NCBI GenBank assembly: GCA_963766735.1 | Contig: CAVYBU010000027.1 | Location: forward strand, 1-64,000 | DNA from: an uncultured Chloroflexia bacterium | GTDB taxonomy: Bacteria > Chloroflexota > Limnocylindria > Limnocylindrales > CSP1-4 | Direction: 5' to 3' | Length of the DNA: 64,000 nucleotides | Part shown: positions 20,050-30,236 of the stretch, in pieces | How positions within the stretch are numbered: position 1 is the first letter of the stretch | How the letters are laid out: each line of letters starts with the position of its first letter | Translations under genes and position numbers: made by a program | The notes under the pieces: model-generated | Seen by the model: the letters and a program-made list of their open reading frames with translations, nothing else | What the model was told of the DNA's origin: nothing | Database searches by the model: none

Positions 20050-21926
20050 CTAGTCGGTGGCGAGCAGAATCGCGCGGGCCCGGCCCCAGGCGTTCCAGAT
20101 CTCCCCGAGACCATCGGCTTGCGGCCCAAGGGCGTCGACCACGGACCCGAGGGAGAGGTCGTCCGCCCGACTGGCCAGCCACGCGTCCGCCGCGACGTTC
20201 GCCCCGGCATAGAGCCCGGCGATCTCCCCTTCCCGGGGCCAGATGCGGATCCGCATGGGATCGAGACCGGCATAGCCCACAGCAAGGGAGAGATCGCGTG
20301 CGGCGGGCACCCGGGCGTCCGCGAACCCGCCGAGCCCGTCGTACCGGAAGCCGAGCGACGACAGCGCTCGCACGATCTCGCGGCGTTCCGCGTGGGTGAA
20401 CAGCTGCCAGAACGGATCGTCGTCCGGGAGGTCCAGGAACCCAGCCTCGATCGCGCGTGCGACGATCGCGTCCACGAGAGCCGAGACGCGCAGCCGCCAC
20501 GTGGCGACCCCAGCCGGATCATCGTCGGCGAACGCGGCCACAGCGCGCTCGCGCGCAGCCCGATCGCCGCGCAACACGCGGATGATGACCGGCAGCCCGG
20601 CCGGTTCTCGTCGGAGCCCTCGGGTGAGCCAGGGTCCGGGGCCAGGTCGGGCTCCGTGAGCCACGCGCCGGCGAGGGGATGCAGCGTCTCGGCCGCTTCG
20701 GGCTCGGCGGCAGGAGGCTGGACAGCCGCCAGGGCGAGCTCCTCGCATCGCGCCAGCTCCTCGCGCGCGTCCCGGCACTCCTGCTCGGTTACCTCGGCGC
20801 TGATCCTCGCGGCGTCAGCCTCGGCTGCCAGCCGCTCGAGCGCGGGCAGCCGCTCGCGGAGCTCGGCCGTGGCCGTCTCGACGAGGCGGAGGGCTGTCCG
20901 GCTGTCCGTGTTGGTGCGGTCGATTGCCCTCAGCCAGTGACGGGCTGCCGCCTCGGCCTCGTCGGGCGTGCCCGCCGCCGAGCTCGCCGTCCTGTACGCC
21001 GCGTGGAGCTCGCTCTTCATCGCAGCGACGATACGGGGGTCCGACGCCTCGCGGGCCTTGTCAATCTGCTCGTGCAGGTCATCGATCGCCCGCCTGGCGT
21101 CGCGCACGGCATCCGCCGCCGCACGCCCTCGCTCGCGCGCCGCAGCCGCCTCCACGCAGCGCTCATCGGCTGCGGTCCGGGCCGGATCGCATGGGCCTGC
21201 CGTCAGGGTGTTGCCGACCGGATCCGGTGCGGTCGACGGCGGTGCCGCCGGGGATGGCTTGCGGGTCTCATCCGCGCCGGCCTCCCCGGCGCCGGCAATC
21301 GTGAACCCCACGGCGGCCGCGGCCAGGGTGGGCTGCACCTCGTGGGCCGGGGGTCGGGCCCGGACAAGCCACTCCGACGCAGGCCGTCCGAGATCCATGA
21401 CGGCAGTCGGCTGCGGCCCTGCCGCTTGTGCTGTGAACGCCGATCCGTTCGCAGCGGCCATCGCCACCGCGGCCGGGACCGGCGGTGCCGGCACGGTGTC
21501 GCGCCAGGGGTTGCCGCGCATCACGGATGAGGTCCCGCCGAGCGGCGCGACCGGAAGCCCGCCGACGACGGGGATGGCCACTGCCGTGGTGGCGAGCATC
21601 GCCGGGGCGGATGGAACGCGTGTTCGTATCGGCGAGGTGATGGCCGGCGCCTCCGGCCCGGCGGTGAGGAAGGTTCCGGGGGCGGCGTCGACGCTGTCCG
21701 ACCAGGCCGCCTCATCGGGGGAACCGGGCGGCGACGGGCGGCTGCGGACCGCCTCTGGATCCGCGAGCGTGACGGCTCGTCGTACCCCGATCGAGTTTGG
21801 GGCGATCGTGACCCGCACCTCGCGCCGTGGGGCGGGTCGGGAGCGGGCCGCCGCCAGGAACGCCGCGCCGAGCGCGCAACCGAGGATGAGGCCGAGGGCC
21901 AGGAAGGCGATCTCGGACGAACTCAC
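20050..21926 (-). CDS. Hypothetical membrane-anchored coiled-coil protein (frameshift near 20605)
   Basis: N-terminal TM, Ala/Pro-rich and coiled-coil regions, then globular C-domain PAGLPVIIRVLRGDR in shifted frame; GGGAG SD. Confidence 0.7.
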
Positions 21927-22234
21927 TGTTCTCCCTTGCGGACCCTGGATCGAGGCACCGATCGTCCGCCAGCGTAGCTGCGCCACATGCCGGCGTCAAC
22001 CGTTCCGGACGCTGGAAGACCGCACCTCAGCCGCCCGCTGCCCGCTCCCGGCGATGACCGGGAGCTCTCGGATCGCCGGCCAACAGCCATCCGGCCCCGG
22101 CCGCTGCCCACGCGACCCCCCGATTGCAGTGCACGCATGGCCCCGGCTTGGTAGATTCCCACGCGTCGGTGGCAAGGCCACCGACGGTTCCCCGTCGCCC
22201 TGCCGAGTCCCCGCAGAAGAGGCGTACCCCCTTC

Positions 22235-24070
22235 GTGACCCTCGACCAGACCCAGGAATTCCTCGTCCAGCCGGTCGACGCGTCCTGGCTCCAGTGCAAT
22301 ATCGAGTGCCAGGAGGCGTGCCCAGTCGGCACGAACTGCCGGGGCTACCTCAATCTGGCCGCCGAAGGGCGGTTCGAGGAGGGGTACATCCTGGCCCGCG
22401 AGCCGAACCCCGTCGCAGCGATGTGCTCGTACGTCTGCTCCGCCCCGTGCGAGCGCGCGTGCCGGCGCGGCGACATCGACCGCCCGCTTGCGATCCGCGC
22501 CATGAAGCGGTTCCTCGTGGAGTGGCACGAGGCGTCTGGCATCCCGGACGTCATGCCCGCGATCACGCCGCGCGAGGAGCGTGTCGCCGTGGTGGGCGCC
22601 GGACCGGCCGGTCTCGCGGTGGCCCGGGAGCTCGCGAGCCAGGGCTACCAGGTCACGGTCTACGACAGCCTCCCGTATGGCGGCGGCACGATGCTCATCG
22701 GGGTGCCGGCCTTCCGGCTCCCACGCGAGGCGATCGAGATGGATGTCCGCCTGGTGGAGCGTCTGGGCGTCACGTTCGTGTTCGACACCACGATCGGCAT
22801 CGACATCCCGTTCGCAGACCTCCAGCGGGACTTCGACGCGATCGCGATCACCGCGGGCGCCATGAACCCGGTCTACCTGGACCTGCCCGGCGCGGACCTC
22901 GACGGCGTGCAGTACGGCATCGACTTCATGAAGAAGGCCAATCTGGGCCAGGAGCTGTCGGTTGGCCGCAACGTGGTGGTCATCGGCGGCGGCTACACCG
23001 CGATGGACTGTTCCCGCACCAGCCTCCGCCACGGCGCCGAGCACGTCACCATCGCCTACCGCCGCACGCGGTCGGAGCTGGTGGTGGACGAGGAGGAGCT
23101 GGGCGAGACCGAGCGCGAGGGCGTGACCCTGGACTTTCTCGTCAGCCCGATCGAGCTGGTCGGCGAGGACGGCAGGCTCACCGGCGTGCGCTTCATCCGC
23201 AACAGGCTGGGCGAGCCGGATGCATCAGGTCGCCGCTCCCCGGTGCCGATCGAGGGCTCCGAGTTCGTCGTCCCGGCGGACACCGTCATCCCGGCCGTGT
23301 CCCAGTCAGCGGATCTCAGCTTCCTGCCGGTGGACTCCAGCTTTGAGGTCAACCGCGGGCGACTCAAGGTGGACCCGGCGACCTATGCCACCAACATCCG
23401 TGGCGTGTTCGCCTGTGGTGACTTCGTGACCGGCCCCACCACCCTGATCGAGTCGGCCGGGCACGGCAAGAAGGCCGCCTACGCCATCGACCGCTACCTG
23501 GATGGTCGGACGGACGTGACCGTCACCCCGAACGTGAAGATCACCAGCTCCTGGCGCCACGACATGCCCGAGCTGTACGACGTCCTGCCCCGGCAGCACA
23601 TCCCGATGGTGGACCTGCCGGCCCGGATGCCGTCGGTGGACCCGGCGGTCAACTTCAGCACCCCGGTGGAGCTGGGGTACGACGCGACCGCGGCGGTGGC
23701 CGAGTCCACGCGCTGCCTCATGTGCAACTACAACATCTGGTTCGATCCGTTCCGGTGCGTGCTCTGCGGCGCCTGCGCCGACGTGTGCCCCGAAGGCGTC
23801 ATCCACATGGTGGATGTGAACCAGCTCAAGACGGAGGGGCTGCTGCCCGAGGTCGAGGAAGCCTACGGCTGGTCGCAGGGTGCGGCCATGATCCTCGACG
23901 AGGAGCGGTGCATCCGCTGCGCACTGTGCGTGAAGCGGTGCCCCTTCGATGCCATCACCATGGAGCGCTTCGAGCTCCAGGAGATCTCGAGCGACGGGCG
24001 GCTCTACAAAGAGTCGTATCGTGACGCCCAACTCGCCGGGACGGCCGGCGTGGCAGGAGGAGCCAGGTGA
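22235..24070 (+). CDS. GltD/NfnB-like FAD/NAD(P)H oxidoreductase with extra C-terminal 2[4Fe-4S] ferredoxin domain
   Basis: [73 protein letters not shown]. Confidence 0.92.
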   Translation: MTLDQTQEFLVQPVDASWLQCNIECQEACPVGTNCRGYLNLAAEGRFEEGYILAREPNPVAAMCSYVCSAPCERACRRGDIDRPLAIRAMKRFLVEWHEASGIPDVMPAITPREERVAVVGAGPAGLAVARELASQGYQVTVYDSLPYGGGTMLIGVPAFRLPREAIEMDVRLVERLGVTFVFDTTIGIDIPFADLQRDFDAIAITAGAMNPVYLDLPGADLDGVQYGIDFMKKANLGQELSVGRNVVVIGGGYTAMDCSRTSLRHGAEHVTIAYRRTRSELVVDEEELGETEREGVTLDFLVSPIELVGEDGRLTGVRFIRNRLGEPDASGRRSPVPIEGSEFVVPADTVIPAVSQSADLSFLPVDSSFEVNRGRLKVDPATYATNIRGVFACGDFVTGPTTLIESAGHGKKAAYAIDRYLDGRTDVTVTPNVKITSSWRHDMPELYDVLPRQHIPMVDLPARMPSVDPAVNFSTPVELGYDATAAVAESTRCLMCNYNIWFDPFRCVLCGACADVCPEGVIHMVDVNQLKTEGLLPEVEEAYGWSQGAAMILDEERCIRCALCVKRCPFDAITMERFELQEISSDGRLYKESYRDAQLAGTAGVAGGAR

Positions 24071-24795
24071 GTTTCCTCGAGCGGGTCGACCAGTCCATCA
24101 GGCGCAGCCCCGTCTGGCGGTCGATCTTCCGCAACCCGTATCCCGACGACGAGCGGTCGCGGGCATACGCGGTCATGAACAACGTGTTCCTGCACCTGCA
24201 CCCCGTGCGGGTCAGGCAGCACGCGGTGAAGTTCGCCTACACCTTCTGCCTCGGCGGCCTCAGCTTCTTCCTGTTCCTCGTGCTGACGGTCACCGGCGTC
24301 TACCTGATGTTCTTCTACGTGCCCTCGGACACGCAGGCGTACTCGAACATCCTGGACATCCAGAGCAAGGTGGCGTTCGGCCTGCTGACCCGGAACATCC
24401 ACCGGTGGGCTGCCCACCTGATGGTGTTCTTCGTCTTCCTGCACATGATGCGGGTCTTCTACCACGGGGCCTACAAGCCGCCGCGGGAATTCAACTGGGT
24501 CGTCGGCGTTGTGCTTCTGTTCCTGACGATCATGCTCAGCTTCACCGGCTACCTCCTGCCGTGGGACCAGATCGCGTACTGGGCCATCACCATCGGTACC
24601 AACATGGCCGGCTATGCGCCGCTGTTCAACACGCCGTCGAAGCTCCTCCTGCTCGGTGGCATCGAGGTGGGGCAGAACACCCTCCTGCGGTTCTACGTGC
24701 TTCACATCATGGTCTTCCCCCTGGTTGCCGCGATCTTCCTGGCCGTCCACTTCTGGCGGATCCGGAAGGACGGCGGCATCTCCGGGCCGCTGTGA
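24067..24795 (+). CDS. petB: Cytochrome b6-type N-terminal subunit of a Rieske/cyt b complex
   Basis: FCLGG (heme ci-type Cys), [35 protein letters not shown]. Confidence 0.93.
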   Translation: MSFLERVDQSIRRSPVWRSIFRNPYPDDERSRAYAVMNNVFLHLHPVRVRQHAVKFAYTFCLGGLSFFLFLVLTVTGVYLMFFYVPSDTQAYSNILDIQSKVAFGLLTRNIHRWAAHLMVFFVFLHMMRVFYHGAYKPPREFNWVVGVVLLFLTIMLSFTGYLLPWDQIAYWAITIGTNMAGYAPLFNTPSKLLLLGGIEVGQNTLLRFYVLHIMVFPLVAAIFLAVHFWRIRKDGGISGPL

Positions 24796-24810
24796 GCCGA
24801 GGCTGATCAG

Positions 24811-25428
24811 ATGACAGACACCAAGCAGCCGACCGAGGGCCGCGTGGTCACGCCCGTCGATCCGGCACGACGCACGGAGATCGACAAGCAGCGGGTGCCC
24901 ATGTCGGCGCGGCCATACCGCCTCCTGGCGCTGGTCAAGCAGGATGCGGTGGTCCGGGTCCAGAAGGAACCCGACGACACGGTCATGACCTGGCCGCACC
25001 TGCTCGCCATCGAGTTCATGGCCGCGGTCCTGATGAGCGTGTTCCTGCTCCTCATGGGCCTGATGATGAACGCGCCCCTGGAGGACCTGGCGAACGGCAA
25101 CATCACGCCGGCCGTCGCCAAGGCGCCGTGGTACTTCCTTGGGCTCCAGGAGCTGCTGGCCTACTTCCACCCGACCGTCGCCGGCGTGCTCGTGCCGACG
25201 TTCGTGCTGGTTGGCGCTGCACTCATGCCGTTCATCGATCGCGGCAACATCCGGGCCGTCCGGCCCTCCGAGCGCAAGACGGCCGTGGTGCTGTTCTCGC
25301 TGTTCTGCGCCCTCGGGCTGTTCGTCACCTTCGTCGGGATCTTCTTCCGGGGCCCCGGCTACTCGTTCGTCATCCCGTACCTCGAGTTCTTCTCGATCGG
25401 GACGCCGGGCCTCCACTTCGCCCTCTGA
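24811..25428 (+). CDS. petD: Cytochrome b subunit IV-like
   Basis: TWPHLL, APLEDLAN, KAPWYF (PEWY equivalent), PFIDR. Confidence 0.88.
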   Translation: MTDTKQPTEGRVVTPVDPARRTEIDKQRVPMSARPYRLLALVKQDAVVRVQKEPDDTVMTWPHLLAIEFMAAVLMSVFLLLMGLMMNAPLEDLANGNITPAVAKAPWYFLGLQELLAYFHPTVAGVLVPTFVLVGAALMPFIDRGNIRAVRPSERKTAVVLFSLFCALGLFVTFVGIFFRGPGYSFVIPYLEFFSIGTPGLHFAL

Positions 25429-25447
25429 TCGGAAGGGATCCGAGCGC

Positions 25448-26122
25448 ATGAGCAACCACCAGGTCGAACCGGCCAGCAAGCCCCAGGCGCTGACCACGGA
25501 GGCTCTCAAGGCCCTCCGGCACGAGCAGGTCCAGGGCATCTCCCGGCGGGAGCTGCTCCGGGGATCGCTTGCCGCAGGCATGGGCCTCTGGCTGCTCGAG
25601 GTCAGCGCCGGCACGATCGGCTTCCTGTGGCCGAACCTCGAGGGCCAGTTCGGCGGGGAAGTGCGCGTCGGCACGCTGGACGAGATCCTGGTGGCCAACG
25701 CCACCTTGCCCATCAACGAGGGCTTTCCTGCATACGTGTCCGCCGCGAAGGCGTTCGTCATGCTGGTGAACCCGTCCCAGCAGCGATTCATCCCCGGGGA
25801 GGATCCGACCGGCGACGGTACGGACGTCAACGTCCGTGCGCTCTACCAGCGCTGCCCTCACCTGGGCTGCAAGCCCAATCCGTGCGAGAAGAACTTCTGG
25901 CTCGAGTGCCCGTGTCACGGGTCCCGCTACGACCGGCTGGGTGTCAAGGCTGCCGGCGCGCAGTACGGGCCCGCCCCGCGCGGCATGGACCGGTTCGCGG
26001 TCCGCGTCGATGCGGATGGCGTTCTTGTCGTCAACACCGGCAAGATCACCCTCGGCCCTCTGCCCGTCGCGGTTGGCCAGCCCGGGATCGAGCCGCCGCT
26101 CACGCCAACCGGATGCATCTGA
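25448..26122 (+). CDS. petC: Rieske 2Fe-2S protein
   Basis: Tat-like SRRELL plus TM; CPHLGC and CPCHGSRY boxes; GPAPRGM. Confidence 0.93.
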   Translation: MSNHQVEPASKPQALTTEALKALRHEQVQGISRRELLRGSLAAGMGLWLLEVSAGTIGFLWPNLEGQFGGEVRVGTLDEILVANATLPINEGFPAYVSAAKAFVMLVNPSQQRFIPGEDPTGDGTDVNVRALYQRCPHLGCKPNPCEKNFWLECPCHGSRYDRLGVKAAGAQYGPAPRGMDRFAVRVDADGVLVVNTGKITLGPLPVAVGQPGIEPPLTPTGCI

Positions 26123-26162
26123 TCACGCCTTCCACCCGCCACTCCGCCCACCGAGGAGTCCG

Positions 26163-27251
26163 ATGACCGACCAGACCGGCCGCCAGCCCGAGGAGCGCCT
26201 CCCCGCGCCACGGCCGTCGTCCGCTCCGGTGCCGGCCGAGCGCTTCTCGGCGCCGCCGTCGGCCCACCGCAACGACCTGACGCCCGAGCGCGCCGCGAAG
26301 ATCGTCCGCCAGTCGGCCAGCGCGCGCTGGGTGGGCTTCCTCGCGGTGACGGTCGTCGCCCTGTTCGTCATGGGCTACTACTTCTACGAGACCGGGCTGC
26401 CGAACGGGCTGACGCAGTCGCGCCTGGACACGGCCCTGGAGGACCAGCAGGTCACCTCGGTGGAGCGTGGCTACAACATCTACCAGGCCAACTGCGCCCA
26501 ATGCCACGGCGTGGAAGGCGAGGGCGGCAAGGGACCCACGCTGAACCGCCAGGACAAGCTGTTCGCCCACCTCAACCCGGAATACCTCGAGAACATCATG
26601 GTGGCCGGCGGGCGCTACGCCTGCGGCACGGCAGACTCGATCATGCCGATCTGGTCCAATACGGGGAACCCGGCGGGCCCGCTCAACTACAAGCAGGTCG
26701 AGGACCTCATCGCGTTCATCCGGGCCGAGAAGGGCCACGAGTACCGGGTGATGGACCCCGACCTGTTCGAGCCGGTGGTCGATCCGGCCACGGGCCAGGA
26801 GATCACGTTCGAGGGCTGGGTGGATCCGGCCTACCTGCCGGAGCCCGGTGCCACGCCGTTCCCGGCCTGCTGGTCGGACGAGTTCAGTGCCCCGGCGGCG
26901 TCGTCCGCGCCCGGGGAGTCCCCAGCGCCGGGGGCGTCGACGGCACCCGGCGCGTCATCGGCCCCGGCCGGGACCGTCCTGAAGGTCGTCGCGTCCGGCA
27001 TCGCCTTTGACGTCAAGGAGCTCAGCGCCCCGGCCGACGCCGATTTCCAGATCGACTTCGACAACCAGGACGCGGGGATCCCGCACAACATCGAGATCAA
27101 GGACGCCAGCGGCACGAGCGTGTTCAAGGGCGAGATCTTCAACGGCGCCGCCGTCAAGACGTATACCGTGCCGGCGCTGGCCGCCGGTACCTACCAGTTC
27201 ATCTGCACGGTGCATCCGAACATGCTCGGCACGCTGAAGGTCGGGAGCTGA
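26163..27251 (+). CDS. Membrane-anchored cytochrome c fused to a cupredoxin domain
   Basis: TM, CAQCH heme motif, IMP distal Met, Ala/Pro linker, PHN..CTVHPNM type-1 copper site; GAGGAG SD. Confidence 0.9.
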   Translation: MTDQTGRQPEERLPAPRPSSAPVPAERFSAPPSAHRNDLTPERAAKIVRQSASARWVGFLAVTVVALFVMGYYFYETGLPNGLTQSRLDTALEDQQVTSVERGYNIYQANCAQCHGVEGEGGKGPTLNRQDKLFAHLNPEYLENIMVAGGRYACGTADSIMPIWSNTGNPAGPLNYKQVEDLIAFIRAEKGHEYRVMDPDLFEPVVDPATGQEITFEGWVDPAYLPEPGATPFPACWSDEFSAPAASSAPGESPAPGASTAPGASSAPAGTVLKVVASGIAFDVKELSAPADADFQIDFDNQDAGIPHNIEIKDASGTSVFKGEIFNGAAVKTYTVPALAAGTYQFICTVHPNMLGTLKVGS

Positions 27252-27255
27252 GACC

Positions 27256-28743
27256 ATGGCACAGACCGGCCCCCCCGACACCCACAACGTCCCGGCACGC
27301 CACCGGCGCATCTTCTTCGGCCTGTTCGATGCGGACGGCTGGAGCTGGGCGATCGTCAAGGCGTCCTTCTGGTTCGTCACGATCATCACCCTCCTCGGGT
27401 ATATCCCCGACCGCGCCTACTACTTCACCGTGCAACGGACCGTCGACCTCTGGCCGTTGGCGATCTCGTTCGCCACGCAGCCAACTGCCGAGAACACGCT
27501 GCTCAGGTGGTCGCCGATCAACTTCTGCCCGCCCGAGAACGAGACGCTGCCGTGTCCGGTGCCGATTGGGGCAACGCTCCCGTGGCATCCGGCACCGCCC
27601 GAGGTCCAGCTGCCGGCCGCCCGGGTCGACGGGTCGACGGCCGTCATCGGCCAGACCTACCTCTACGCCGGCGGCAGCGATGGCCAGGCGGCAGTCGCCA
27701 CGACGTACGTCTCGCACGCCGTCGGGACCGGGAACCTGGACACGTGGTCCGAGGGGCCGGCGCTCCCCGAACCGCGATCCGACGCCGCGACCGTCGTGGT
27801 CGGCAGCACCCTCTATCTCCTCGGCGGCTACGGGCCCGATGGCGCCCCCACCACCACCGCCTACAGCATCACCGTGGAGAACGACGGGACGCTGGGCGAG
27901 TGGAAGGCCGAGGATGCGCTGGCGCTCCCCGAGCCGCGAGCCGGCGGCAGCGCGGTTGGGATATCGGACGGGATCGTGGTCATGGGCGGGACCGATGGCA
28001 CGGCGCCCACACGCGGCGTGTGGAAGAGCCAGCATGACGCCTCGGGCGTGCTCGGGCCATGGGTGGCCCAGCAGCCCCTGTACGAGGAGAACGTGGACGG
28101 GGTCGCGATGCATGTCGGCGACATCGTCTTCGTCATCGGCGGCCGGAATCTCTCTGGCGATCCGGTGACGACGGTTCAGCAGGGCCTCGTGGGGGGCGGC
28201 CCGAACGCGACGGCCGAGGATCCGAACGTCATCGATGCCTGGCGGGCAAGCGAGCAGACCAACCTGCCGGTCGCGCGGACGGACATGTCCGGGTTCAGCG
28301 CGAACGGCGCGCTCTACATCCAGGGAGGCGCCGATGCCTCCGGACCCAAGCCCGAGACCTGGTGGGCCACCCCCGACGCCGAGGGCGTGATTGCGGAGTG
28401 GAAGAACCTGCCCGAGCTCGACCTGGGTGAGGGCGTCAGGGGCTCCGGCGGGGTCGCCTCCGGATCGCATGCCTTCATCATGGGCGGGGAGACGACCGGC
28501 GGTCCGACGGCCGGCATCGCGCGCGCCAACCTGGCGCCGCAGGAGCCGTTCTTCCAGCTCGGCGTGCTGGGTGCCACGATCCCGGGTCTCAAGCTGGACG
28601 GCGAGGTTGGCCAGCAGATCGGCTACCTGAACGCGGCCGGCGTGGGCACGGTCAACTTCATCGCCCTCCTGCTCGTCGGCTGGGGGTTCGCGCACAAGGA
28701 CCGGGTTCGCGAGATCCTCGCGAAGCGCCGCCGCAAGGGCTGA
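27256..28743 (+). CDS. Membrane-anchored Kelch-repeat beta-propeller protein
   Basis: Repeated LP.PR..Y/VxxGG..W units; TMs at both ends; starts 4 nt after the cyt c gene. Confidence 0.85.
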   Translation: MAQTGPPDTHNVPARHRRIFFGLFDADGWSWAIVKASFWFVTIITLLGYIPDRAYYFTVQRTVDLWPLAISFATQPTAENTLLRWSPINFCPPENETLPCPVPIGATLPWHPAPPEVQLPAARVDGSTAVIGQTYLYAGGSDGQAAVATTYVSHAVGTGNLDTWSEGPALPEPRSDAATVVVGSTLYLLGGYGPDGAPTTTAYSITVENDGTLGEWKAEDALALPEPRAGGSAVGISDGIVVMGGTDGTAPTRGVWKSQHDASGVLGPWVAQQPLYEENVDGVAMHVGDIVFVIGGRNLSGDPVTTVQQGLVGGGPNATAEDPNVIDAWRASEQTNLPVARTDMSGFSANGALYIQGGADASGPKPETWWATPDAEGVIAEWKNLPELDLGEGVRGSGGVASGSHAFIMGGETTGGPTAGIARANLAPQEPFFQLGVLGATIPGLKLDGEVGQQIGYLNAAGVGTVNFIALLLVGWGFAHKDRVREILAKRRRKG

Positions 28744-28802
28744 GCCGCGGCCTGACCAGCCGCGCTCAGCCGGGGAGCGGGCAGCGACCCGACCAATCGA
28801 GC

Positions 28803-29171
28803 TTAGCCGGGGAGCTGGCCCTCGCCCGGCTCCACCGGACCCCGCTTGACGTCGAGCCCGAGCCGCTGCCAGCCATCGATGCCGCCGGCCACGTTCCCCA
28901 CGTCCTCCCATCCCTGCTGCAGCAGGTAGCTCGTCACGCCCGTCGAGCGGCTCCCGGACTGGCAGATCACGAGGATCGGCCGGTCCTTCGGGATGTCCTG
29001 CAGGCGGACTCCCAGCTGGGACATCGGGATGAACAGGCAGCCCTCCACCCGGACCTGCCGGAACTCGTCCAGCTCGCGGACGTCGAGAAGCAGCGCGGGC
29101 CGCACGGGGTCACGCCGCCGGATGTCCGCGTACAGCGGGTCGAGAGCGGGGATTGCCTGGGGGCGGTTCAT
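28803..29171 (-). CDS. Rhodanese-like protein
   Basis: LLDVRE, ICQSGSRS, VAGGIDGW. Confidence 0.92.
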   Translation of the reverse strand: MNRPQAIPALDPLYADIRRRDPVRPALLLDVRELDEFRQVRVEGCLFIPMSQLGVRLQDIPKDRPILVICQSGSRSTGVTSYLLQQGWEDVGNVAGGIDGWQRLGLDVKRGPVEPGEGQLPG

Positions 29172-29611
29172 GCAGGTCCGGTCCTCTGTATGGTCGGGGC
29201 GACGTGGGGGAGCTCCGGTCGCGCGAGCCGGGCATCGATGTCGGCAAGGAGGGCGGGCAGGTCCACGCCCCAGGCGACGGCCGCGGGCTCCGCGAGGGCC
29301 AGGTGCCGTCGCGCGCCGGCGAGGTTCTTCGCAACCCCAGCCGGGTTGCCGCGGCCGGCGTGCACGTACGCGGCTGCGACCTTGATGAGGCCCTGATGAA
29401 GCGCGCGCTCCGGGAGATCGTCGCTGCCCATCCAGGCCGGCTCGAGAGCCTCGTGAGCGGCGAAGAACTCACCCCGGGCGTACGCGGCGAGACCCTCGTC
29501 GAAGGCGGCCCGTCGCGCCTCGAGTGGAAGCGGCCGGTAGGCCTTGTCGCGATCGCCCTGCCGGACGAGGCCGGCGCGGACCGGGCGCTCGGGAAGCGGC
29601 ACGGGAGGCAT
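29168..29611 (-). CDS. DUF309 family protein
   Basis: GEFFAAHEALEPAW..QGLIKVAAAYVH..GN. Confidence 0.88.
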   Translation of the reverse strand: MPPVPLPERPVRAGLVRQGDRDKAYRPLPLEARRAAFDEGLAAYARGEFFAAHEALEPAWMGSDDLPERALHQGLIKVAAAYVHAGRGNPAGVAKNLAGARRHLALAEPAAVAWGVDLPALLADIDARLARPELPHVAPTIQRTGPA

Positions 29612-29641
29612 GCCCCGAGTGTACCGGTGAGGACGCCGGGG

Positions 29642-30097
29642 TCAGGCGCGTGCTGAGTCGTCCGGGAGGGTCGCGAGGGGCCGCCGGCCGGCGAAGCCCT
29701 CGTTCGTATCGTGCCAGAAGCCCACGCGTTCCTCGCCGAGACGCCAGCACAGCCACGCCTGCCGTCCGCTGACGAGGGCCGGGAAGTCAAGGAGGCCGGT
29801 GGGGATGTCGCGCAGGACGATGCCGCGCTCGTCGAGCCAGGCAGCATCGGCCTGCATCTGGTCCACGAGGCCGCGCATCCGGAGGCGCAGCCGGCGAAGC
29901 TCCGGATCGTCGCCCTCGGCGTCGCCCTGCGCCGTGGGTTCGTCGGCCATCAGGTCCTCGACCAGGGCGCCCTCACGATCCCGGTAGGCATCTCGCAGGC
30001 CGACGAGCTCCGCGCGCTCATCGCGCAGGCGGCTGACCACCACCGCGAGGTCGGGGACCAGCCGGTTGGCGTCTTCGAGGGAGTACATGCGGGACAC
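29642..30097 (-). CDS. DUF2203 family protein
   Basis: YSLEDANRLVP, LRDIPTGLLDFP, LCWRLGE..WH..GFAGRRPL; TACAAT 6 nt before GTG. Confidence 0.88.
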   Translation of the reverse strand: MSRMYSLEDANRLVPDLAVVVSRLRDERAELVGLRDAYRDREGALVEDLMADEPTAQGDAEGDDPELRRLRLRMRGLVDQMQADAAWLDERGIVLRDIPTGLLDFPALVSGRQAWLCWRLGEERVGFWHDTNEGFAGRRPLATLPDDSARA

Positions 30098-30236
30098 GCT
30101 GCGATTGTACCGACGAGACCGGCACGGGTCGGAGACGGGTCCCAATGGGCCCGTGGTGGGGGTGCGCCATGGCACCAAGGGGCCATGGACGTGATTGGAC
30201 GGGGGGCTGACACTGTGGCGACGCACCGGAGGTCCC

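Noticed and set aside
21614-21625. LexA-box-like GAACGCGTGTTC
   Set aside because: Lies inside a coding region, far from any evident promoter
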